In this document: one piece after another, positions 1 through 15,523 of the stretch
Numbering within the stretch: the first letter of the stretch is position 1
Layout of the letters: each line of letters opens with the position of its first letter
Assembly: GCA_025786725.1 (NCBI GenBank)
Contig: JAHLTZ010000048.1
Coordinates: 62,001-126,000, forward strand
Source of the DNA: Syncephalis fuscata S228
Taxonomy: Eukaryota > Fungi > Zoopagomycota
Reading direction: 5' to 3'
Length of the DNA: 64,000 nucleotides
Translations under genes and position numbers: made by a program
Notes under the pieces: generated by a model
What the model saw: the letters and a program-made list of their open reading frames with translations, nothing else
Told to the model about the DNA's origin: nothing
Database searches by the model: none

Positions 1-5835
<5,835 letters not shown>

Positions 5836-6251
5836 AAATGAATAAAGTGACATTTATGATTGATCTGTGGCACATAAGCATGTATTGGTTATTGGTGTAA
5901 TGATTAAATAAAACTCACCACCTGTCACTATGTTCAATAGAACGAATGTGTAGTTCAATTACGCAAATACTGTTTAATATAATTATTTGACTTCCAAGAT
6001 AATAGTAAATATATTGTAATACAAATCAACTGCATGGTACATCTTAATTTAGTTTACAATAACTGTCATAATGCATCGTAACAAGTGCAACAGCATGTTT
6101 ACTAATGGCAGTTGTTGTTGTTTATAAAGTGGACTATAGCTAGCAAGTTTTTATACATAATTCAATGTGTAAATAAAAGCAAGTATTTTAAAGTATTTCT
6201 GCAATTTATCTAGTTTTATTTAATGACAAGTATATCAAGTATAATTCAAAA

Positions 6252-7580
6252 CTACTCGATTAGTTTGGCATAAGTCATCAGCTCTTCATCGGTAGTAAAA
6301 CGTTCATAGCATTCCTCGTCGATTGGAGTGCAAACTTCAATTGCACCTTTGGAAGCGCCTGGTGCTGGTGGAGTATCGAAAATAGTGACTGTTGATATAA
6401 TGGGATACATGTACCGACGATAACGAACTGGTCGGCCATCGCCAAAGTTCATGTCGTAATATCCTACCTTTGTCCAGTCTGTGCTGGAGAAATCAATACA
6501 GCTTATCCAGTTGGAATCTTTATTAACTATCGATGTGTCAGTGCCATCGTCTGTTTGCCCTAAAAAACTTTCTATGCTTTTTGCTTTGCCAGCGAGCACT
6601 GTTTGACGATATGCTGCAGCCACGTTGCCAAGTGTGTTATTTACAACCTGATCGGCCGGTATTATAAGACTCGAGGCGTGGAACACATTGCCGAAATAGT
6701 TATCGGGAAAGTTAGACCAGTGGGGGCGCATGTTAACAACAGAGAACATGCCTATGGTCTTGCTGTGGGGGATGTTTCTTGCGCGCACGCTTGCTCGCCA
6801 CATCAGCATTAGCACAACATCAAGCGTAGAAAACCATTTCTCTTTTCGTTCTTCTTCGGCAATCAAACCGCCTGCTGTGGTTTTTAACAGTTCAAGGCTT
6901 TCTGGACTAAATTTAAATATCACGACCTTTTTGTTGTTAACTTCGTGGGTAAAAATCGATTGATCATCATGTGGCGGCCTAGCCTTGTTTGCTGCGGCGC
7001 TGGCCTCCAAGCTTAAGTTAAAAAGCTTTCGATTATGATTTGGTGGCAAAGGAATGTCTCCGCGTGCGAATGCAGCCCATGCATTTAGTAGCAATGACCA
7101 ACCATATGCATCTGAGACCATATGGTGGCATGCTGTGCATATAACTAGGCCAGAGTTGTTTGCGAAGCGTGTCACACGGACAACAAATAGAGGCATTTCC
7201 TTAACCGTCCATGGCTCAATAGCTTGAAGCTCGGAAGAAATACTTTTCTGAGGCCAATCTGGCTCGAATTTTGAAATATCATCGTCCACTTGGGCTTCGG
7301 TATAAAGAACACCTTTGCTTGAAGGCTGGACTTCATAGGCATTGCTCTCAAGACGTACTATTTGGCCACATACGATTGGATATTGTTCGAGTGCCTTCCG
7401 AAGAGACTCAATTAGCACTTCAGCCGGCATAAAATTCGTCTTTTGCTGACTGTTTTTGTAGAAGGTAAGATTCTGTATACAGTTTGGACCGGGAATATAA
7501 TCGGCATGGCTCAATGGATGTGTTTGCGCTGCATCATAATTATCTGGCAACACCCATGTATCTTTATGACTTAAAATCAT
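6252..7580 (-). CDS. BAHD/transferase-family CoA-dependent acyltransferase (TRI101-like), single exon
   Basis: Uninterrupted ORF; the first ATG is at 7580 (the track's 7604 start is a TTG). It has the catalytic HxxxD (CHHMVSDAYG), NYFGN, and a DFGWG-like motif (DMNFGDGRP). Confidence 0.88.
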   Translation of the reverse strand: MILSHKDTWVLPDNYDAAQTHPLSHADYIPGPNCIQNLTFYKNSQQKTNFMPAEVLIESLRKALEQYPIVCGQIVRLESNAYEVQPSSKGVLYTEAQVDDDISKFEPDWPQKSISSELQAIEPWTVKEMPLFVVRVTRFANNSGLVICTACHHMVSDAYGWSLLLNAWAAFARGDIPLPPNHNRKLFNLSLEASAAANKARPPHDDQSIFTHEVNNKKVVIFKFSPESLELLKTTAGGLIAEEERKEKWFSTLDVVLMLMWRASVRARNIPHSKTIGMFSVVNMRPHWSNFPDNYFGNVFHASSLIIPADQVVNNTLGNVAAAYRQTVLAGKAKSIESFLGQTDDGTDTSIVNKDSNWISCIDFSSTDWTKVGYYDMNFGDGRPVRYRRYMYPIISTVTIFDTPPAPGASKGAIEVCTPIDEECYERFTTDEELMTYAKLIE

Positions 7581-8526
7581 ATTGCTAGCAGTAAAATGGG
7601 TCAAAGGAAATATTAACTAAAGAAAAGGCTATGGTGTCGACTTTGCAGTTAGGTTGATGGATACCCAATACCAGGATGTTCAACATTGACGCTGAATTTA
7701 TAGGCAACAGTGTCTAGATCAATTGTAGTTTATCATGAAAAGTGAGCAATGCAGCAAACAGGTTTACATGTAACCGCCAAATCATATGCTAAAGCAATAG
7801 AAAAAATTGTGCAATTTATGTATACTATTAACAAAGATCAGTCTTTTTGGTCTAGATTGAATTCCAAAAAAGGCAGGGTGTTAACTTGAGGCAGCTACCT
7901 TATACCAGTTGGCACATTCTAGAATTATGCGGCAATGGGATCTAGAACAATCAATGAAAGCACATGCACTATCGCTGCACTGAAATAATAGCTTTTGGGT
8001 TTAAATTCAATAAATTTTGCCATCATGCTATGACTTGAATACGACAATACTATGTGTATTTTGGTAGTTATTACATTGTAAATATACATAAGACTACAGC
8101 TTTAATTATTGTATACATGTATTTTTTAAATACTAGATACAAGTAGTTTGAATATTGCGTATAGTCGATACACAAATTAAATAGCCCATTAAAGTATCAA
8201 TCAATTATTTAAAACTGTAAACTGTGTAAAATAATCGACATTTTACATATAATATATGTGCTCGACCGGCAATTGCTTAGTATGGAGCATTATTGTTAAA
8301 TGAATATCGATTAGAAATTTATGTATAAATATGTATAAGTGATGTATATTGTTTATGGCAGACAAATTATAAAATGCTTATAGCTGCTCAAATATAAGAA
8401 TTAAGTATAATACTAGTAATTTATTTAATCGTTTTTTAATTTATTTCTGCTATTGTTTTTGTGAACAGTTGGTTAAAATTTATTATTATTTAGTGTTAAA
8501 TGACTAACATTTATCTATTCATTATA

Positions 8527-8672
8527 TTTTGTTGTATGTAACATGAAATACTATTTAATATTTGTTTTAATATTGAAAATAGTGCAGATTAATTAAGACT
8601 CCACTTGATTCAATCGGAGTTAATATGACACTGTTTCAACAAACCACTTCTCAGTAATAAAAACTGATTGAC
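8527..8672. repeat. Dispersed ~150 bp non-coding repeat, copy 1
   Basis: Shares blocks GTAACATGAAATACTATTTAA, GTGCAGATTAATT, ATTCAATCGGAGTT and TAAAAACT, in the same order and orientation, with 28172-28325. Confidence 0.85.
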
Positions 8673-8819
8673 GATTTATTGTTCGAATTACTAGTATAGA
8701 ACATATTACTCGATCGATTGAGTTCCCCAAGCTTGAATCAAGTCTTTAGCAATAGTTAACCAATAATATCGTCGTATTAAAACTTTACAATTGACTTTTC
8801 TTTATTTTGTCTTATTACA

Positions 8820-9756
<937 letters not shown>

Positions 9757-9902
9757 TAGTCAATGCATCAATACCAGTTAAAACATTAAATTAATCTATT
9801 CAATACAATTCATTGTTAACATAAACAAAAATATAATCTGAAATGTTTATTAATTAGGCTAATTGTTTAGTCAACTGGAAAAATATATATTATCAGAGCA
9901 GG

Positions 9903-11033
9903 TTAATAGTCATCGTCGTTGTATTCACCGTAGCTGTCGTTCTCTTTATCACCGCCATCAGCTCCATATGAGTCGTTGTTGTTGTCATAAGAGTCGGCGT
10001 CATCATATGATTCGTTGTCATAAGACTTGTCATCGTATGATTTTACATCACCATCGTAATACTTGGCGCCATCATCATAATTTGCTGCGCCATCATCATA
10101 CTCGTTATGGTCATCGTAGACACCGCCTTCGTGGCCATATCCTTTGTGATAATCTTCATGATCAAATAGACCGTGATGACCATCGTGACCAAATAAGCCA
10201 TGATGGCCGTCGTGACCAAATGGACCGTGATGACCATCGTGACCGAATGGACCGTGATGGCCATCATGACCAAATGGACCGTGATGACCGAATAAGCCGT
10301 GATGACCGTCGTGGCCGAATGGGCCGTGATGACCGTATGGAATATGTGGGCCATAGGCAAATGGACCTTTGTGATGTGGATTATGATGTCCATGATGCTT
10401 GGGGAAGTCATCATGGTGTGGATTGTGATGTCCATGAGGCTTGAATTCGCCATGGTGTTCTGGCTCACTAAGCTTATGGCAAATTGGGACACCACAGGCT
10501 TTGCAGGTATGTGCAGTAAGTGAGCAGCCATATCCATATGGGCAGCCCATGCAAAGAACATGTGAACAGTCTACGCACTCAGTTGTAGGGGGAGTGATTG
10601 GTGGTCGTATAGTTGGAGGCTCAGTTGTTGGAGGAGTTGTTGGAGGTTGTACAGTTGGAGGCTCAGTTGTTGGTGGCGTAGTTGGAGGTTGTACGGTTGG
10701 AGGCTCAGTTGTTGGAGGCGTAGTTGGTGGCTGTACGGTTGGAGGTTGTACGGTTGGAGGCTCAGTTGTTGGAGGCGTAGTTGGTGGCTGTACGGTTGGA
10801 GGCTCAGTTGTTGGAGGCGTAGTTGGAGGCTCAGTAGTTGGAGGCTCAGTAGTTGGCGGCGTAGTTGGTGGCTCAGTAGTTGGAGGAAGTGGAGCAATAG
10901 CTGGTGGATCTTGCTGCTGGAAAACAAGGTCATTTCCTACTGCTATATCTCTCTTTAAAGGAGCAACAGCATTGCTTAGTGTCGCTGCAGACACCAGCAA
11001 AGATACTAAAAGTATAGTGCAGCCAAACTTCAT
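9903..11033 (-). CDS. Secreted modular protein A: signal peptide, Pro/Thr stalk, 8-Cys Opy2-like domain, His/Gly repeats, Asp/Tyr tail
   Basis: Single-exon 376-aa ORF. Hydrophobic N-terminus (MKFGCTILLVSLLVSAATLSNA), a KR dibasic site, PPTT/EPPT/VQPPT repeats, CVDC..C..C..C..C..C..C at 10479-10577, GHDGHHG(P/L)F repeats and a YDD-rich C-terminus. No TM segment or GPI-like tail. Confidence 0.88.
   Translation of the reverse strand: MKFGCTILLVSLLVSAATLSNAVAPLKRDIAVGNDLVFQQQDPPAIAPLPPTTEPPTTPPTTEPPTTEPPTTPPTTEPPTVQPPTTPPTTEPPTVQPPTVQPPTTPPTTEPPTVQPPTTPPTTEPPTVQPPTTPPTTEPPTIRPPITPPTTECVDCSHVLCMGCPYGYGCSLTAHTCKACGVPICHKLSEPEHHGEFKPHGHHNPHHDDFPKHHGHHNPHHKGPFAYGPHIPYGHHGPFGHDGHHGLFGHHGPFGHDGHHGPFGHDGHHGPFGHDGHHGLFGHDGHHGLFDHEDYHKGYGHEGGVYDDHNEYDDGAANYDDGAKYYDGDVKSYDDKSYDNESYDDADSYDNNNDSYGADGGDKENDSYGEYNDDDY
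10160..10335 (-). repeat. Coding 27-bp tandem repeat GHDGHHG(P/L)F in protein A
   Basis: Repeated ccgtgatgaccatcgtgacc-like units on the + strand. Confidence 0.9.
10582..10885 (-). repeat. Coding tandem repeat (PPTT/EPPT/VQPPT) in protein A
   Basis: Recurrent gttggagg/gttggtgg 12-15 bp units on the + strand. Confidence 0.9.
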
Positions 11034-11243
11034 TTTGGCTACAATAATAAGTTATTTATTTGCAGTATTGATTTGTATAATAAAACTAGTCAATGTTGGA
11101 TATAATTTAAAAATGTGATAACGCCAGACTGGTATTTATGCAACAACTAAGCGCAATTAAAAATATATTCAAATGGTTCTAAGATTGTTCCTGCATGTCT
11201 CGTTTCCCTGGCTTGTTCAGGCGAGTGTAAGTCCTATGTATGT

Positions 11244-11496
11244 AATCGGCCCCTTTGTAAATGAAATCGGCCCCTGTTAAACTTACTATAACTGTATTGG
11301 TAAAGTTTCCTTAGCAATGGCTTTATTGCCAATCAAATCGCCGTTTAAGGCTACTCAGGGGCAATAGCGCCAAAGGAGATGAGTAAATTGGGAAACGCTT
11401 TGACTACGGGCTCAATACATATACAAAGGAGTACGCTTTAGATGCATGGTTGTTAGGATAACCGAAGCTGTGTGCTTTGCCTGCCTGTACCCCCCT
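11244..11496. promoter_or_regulatory. Cluster of four STRE-like CCCCT/AGGGG motifs, including an 11-bp direct repeat AATCGGCCCCT, in the divergent intergenic region
   Basis: CCCCT at 11250, 11271 and 11492; AGGGG at 11357; AATCGGCCCCT at 11244 and 11265. Function is inferred from yeast Msn2/4 STREs. Confidence 0.4.
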
Positions 11497-12100
11497 GTAA
11501 TGTAGAATATCCATGCTGAACATGGATAGAGATACAGGTGTTATATAACATTATCTATTATTGAATTGTTTTACTGATTGACTGATTAATAACTAATGAT
11601 AGTATTTTAGTTATTATAAAAGTGCAAAGTTGATATTTAATTTGAGGACTGATTTATTTTGATATCATTAACTTTATAATCAACAAAACAATAGAGTATT
11701 GTATTTTATTGTGCTGTTTATTAGCTAATCCAATTTATAACTAATAAGAAATTACTAAACAAAAATATTTATATTAATAAATAATTTAAAGCATTAAAAC
11801 ATTTAAAACATTGTGCTCATATTACTAAAATGGGTAAATCGATCTACGTAGTCTGTACAATAATTACAAAAGCAACATGTAAATAAGATACAGTGATATT
11901 ACATCATATTTTACATCACACTGAAGGTCATTTATACACATTAATTTGAATCTTGGCATTGGCCAAGTCTTGGCGAGCAATGATATAGTAAATGTAAATA
12001 AATTCATTTTTATTCTCAGGAGTTTTTTAATTATAATATAAATATTAAGCTTAGTGTTATGCGTTGACACTCGTTGTTAAAACATAGTAAACCGTTAATA

Positions 12101-12774
12101 ATGCAGTATTTCTCTCTATTTGTGGCGTCACTTGCGTTTGTTGCTTCCATACACGGCGCAAATGCTGCGGCCGTACAGCAAACTGATGTAGCCTTACCAC
12201 AAGCCGATGTAACTTTACCGCAAACTGATGGCCGTACTCAGTCATCAGGTCTCAACTGTTTAAATTGCCCTCTTGCCGTAAGCTGCAGTTCTTGTCCAAC
12301 AGGTTTTGTATGTGTCGTCAAACCAGGCAACTGTTACGTATGCCCAACAGCGGTATGCGTCCGGCCTCATAACAATGGCGACGAAGATCCATTTGATAAA
12401 GACCATCATCTTGGCGACTTTGATCCATTCCACAGGGACCATCACTTTGGCGGCGAAGATCCATTCAACAGGACCATCACTTTGGCGGCGAAGATCCATT
12501 CAACAGAGACCATCACTTTGGCGGTTTTGATCCATTCCACAGGGACCATCACTTTGGCGGTTTTGATCCATTTGGCAACCATTTTCCACATGATCCATTC
12601 TACGCAGGAGCACTACTTCCTTGGTGGCTGCACCAACGACCATACGGTGACTGGTCATGGGACCATGATCATAACGATCTTGATCACTTTGGCGGTGGAC
12701 TGGATCCATTCGATAACGATGAAGAGCACTATAAAAACAAACAAGTAAATGGCGTACAGTCTCCTACTGTATAA
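12101..12774 (+). CDS. Secreted modular protein B: signal peptide, 8-Cys Opy2-like domain, DPF(H/N)RDHHFGG repeats (1-bp frameshift at ~12471)
   Basis: ATG at 12101 (MQYFSLFVASLAFVASIHGANA) and CLNC..C..C..C..C..C..C at 12257-12358, followed by 36-bp repeats. One unit reads caggacc where the others read cagggacc or cagagacc. Restoring that base keeps the repeat frame open to ..DEEHYKNKQVNGVQSPTV* (TAA 12772-12774). Confidence 0.82.
12387..12573 (+). repeat. Coding 36-bp tandem repeat (DPFxRDHHFGG[EF]) in protein B
   Basis: About five copies of gatccattcNacagNgaccatcactttggcggN. Confidence 0.9.
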
Positions 12775-13082
12775 TTTCAACTATGTGTTCCAATTGAGCT
12801 ATACTAAATCATTAAATAAAACTTCAATTCTCCAGTTTATTGAATGTGATATCGCTATCATTTCATTCCATATTTATTTATTTGCTATAAATACTATAGC
12901 ATTAGTAATAACTGCAACGACAGCAATGGCCGACTGCACAATGTCGTCATGAGCCCTGGCCACCACTATTATTCCATATATTGTCTTATCGCTTCTTTCA
13001 TCTATCGCTTCTTCCTTTCACTCCACTGTATTCATGTGACAAGAAGACTGTAACGGGTTTTTCTTAAATATATATCGCATTC

Positions 13083-13137
13083 TGATTGGACCACGCTGAT
13101 TCGCTGCCTATTTTCTCACTAAATGCTTACTGATTGG
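13083..13137 (-). promoter_or_regulatory. Two CCAATCA boxes upstream of HAP2
   Basis: TGATTGG at 13083-13089 and 13131-13137 (reverse complement CCAATCA, the Hap/NF-Y consensus). Confidence 0.5.
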
Positions 13138-13905
13138 TGCATTTTTGCCAAATCACATAGTCTCACAAGCCGTTGCTCCTTCTAACACCTCCCACCAACC
13201 AGACGCTTTTACTTTCCTTCCTCTTCAATCAATACGCACTAAAATAGCCACCCACTTTTAGGCCATCCCGCCCACCAACCAGACGTCTTCTTTTCTCCTG
13301 TGCTTATTCGCTAGCCAACCGGACTTTTCCTGTGGTCCACTCATATTGCCGCATTGTCAGGTTAGCACGGCTTTTGTTGGCCAACAGACGGTTATACAAG
13401 CAGCAAGTTACTTTTGCAGTAAAAGTGCAAGTTGCTGCTTTTCTTGTAGACGAATCGCAGTACACGATAGGAACTAGCCTGGTAAGTAACCGACTGTTTA
13501 TGCAGCAACTGCATAGCTGTCTGCATTCGCTTTCCTGTACTGTCGACTACGCAAGGGCTGCTTGTCGTGAATCATTGATTTGTTTTGGCTGTTACGCCAG
13601 GTGTCATAGTACGACGAACCAGCTATTGCCTACCGGCAGCTTGCTGCATAGTGTCGCGACTCCTTGAGGAAGGAGGAAGAGAGGAGGAGGACGACGACGA
13701 CCAAGCTGAAAAGGAAACAGACTGATGCTCCCACTGTGCAGACAACGAGGCTACTGGTGCTAACGGCTGCTTTGTTTAGATTACTACTACTACTACTACT
13801 ACTACTACTACGCATATAGTCGCGACTTGTAACGTAGATTGGCTTGTCAATTTTTTTCGAATCAACAAACACGTCAGCAATCACAAAAATAGTAGCATTT
13901 ATAAT

Positions 13906-14839
13906 ATGTCCTATTCTACTTCCAGCGGTAATGGCAATCACGTATCTGCCACTCATGTCCATGGCGGCAATCCATCGCCGGTAGCCGCGGCCGCGGCAGC
14001 AGCGGCGGCAGCAGCAGCCGGTGTAGCATCTCCAAACGGTGTACCCGCCTCACCCACTTACGCACCGCCACTATCGCCGTATCAAATGATGATGCCAACG
14101 CAAATGCTTGGCTATCGTATGCCGGCACCGCTATCAAGTGGTTCGACAGGCAGTGTACCTACAAATGCATCCGCCATTGACTCTGTATCGCATATATCGG
14201 CAATGCAGCCACAGCAGGAGGAAGAGCCGCTTTACGTGAATGCAAAACAGTATCATCGTATTTTGAAACGACGTGCTGTTCGTGCTCGTCTTGAAGAGCA
14301 GAATCGACTTGCCAAACAACGCAAGGTAAGCAGAACAAACAAACAAAAAATAGACGGCTACTATTGCTATGTCAATATTCGTTATTTTTCTACTTTCAAC
14401 TTGCTTACCATTGCATCTATAGCCTTATTTACACGAATCGCGACATCGACACGCTATGCGACGACCTCGTGGGCCAGGTGGTCGTTTTCTTACAGCGGCT
14501 GAGATTGCCGAACTTGAGAACAAAAAGCCGGGTGAAGAACATTTAGGCCATGATGATATGTCAATGCTAGGCAGTTCAGATCACTTGCACATTAAGCGAG
14601 AACACGATCGTCACGAGATGGAACCGCATGAACATGTGCTACTTCGACAAAATATTCTTAGTGCAGCCGATCTAGCCAATGGCAATCACCACCATCATCC
14701 AGCCACTCTACTACCAGATACGCATCACCAGGCAAAAGCGAAGCGGCCTCGCCGTTCATCAAAGACCGAAGGATTAAGCAATGTACCCATGCTTGGACAG
14801 CAAGGCAATGGCACAGCCAAACCAAATGGCGCCAATTAG
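13906..14839 (+). CDS. HAP2: CCAAT-binding factor subunit B (HAP2/HapB/NF-YA)
   Basis: EEPLYVNAKQYHRILKRR..RK|PYLHESRHRHAMRRPRGPGGRFLT is the CBFB_NFYA core. One coding intron at 14325-14421 and a probable 5'UTR intron at 13482-13779. Confidence 0.96.
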
Positions 14840-15523
14840 CAACTAATAACTCGTTTCATTTATTAGATGGATTACATTGAATAGTTACATTATGTGTAGC
14901 CAATTCCATCGCTGTTATTATTGTCGTCGTCTTTATTTTGACATCTTTTGTACATCTTTTTTTGTTTGTTGCTGTCATCGTTATTACTGACGGATGAGTG
15001 TCTATGTGTGTGCACACCTATGCTTATAAATGACAGAGATTACAGTATGGTTGATGTTTTCTTCTTCTACTTTTACTACTACTTTTAAAGAGTAATAGTA
15101 ATACTCGTTTTTTATCTATTGAATCTAATGGATCACCATTGATTTATTTGTTTTTGCCTTCACTTTAGCCAGAATAAAATTATGAACGAAATGATATCAA
15201 TAGTATTTATTTATATTTAATTTAGACGAATAAATTATGTCAATATTAATACATAATTTGTATTTATTTTATTTGTGTGTGGATGCAATCTTAAAAAGAA
15301 AAAAAGAAAAAAGAAAAATAGCTTTTCTTCTACACTCTTTTCTTTCAATAGTCGCCGACCATAACGACAACAACAACAACAACAACAACAATAGTAGCCA
15401 CTATCCGTTATACTATTTTCTTTTACGAATTGAGCTGTTGTTTTTATTGCTGTTATTATTATTAGTACACCTCCTAAGGGTCTTTAGACAATAATATTGT
15501 TGTTAGATTGCACCTTCTAGTCC

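Noticed and set aside
9863-11118. Long + strand ORFs (193 aa Arg/Asp/His-rich, 225 aa Gly/Val-rich) and other-frame ORFs over protein A
   Set aside because: They are shadows of the repetitive minus-strand CDS. Only the minus frame has an ATG, signal peptide and coherent domain order.
12387-12573. CRISPR-like 36-bp periodicity
   Set aside because: The units are contiguous coding repeats without unique spacers, the context is eukaryotic, and there are no cas genes.
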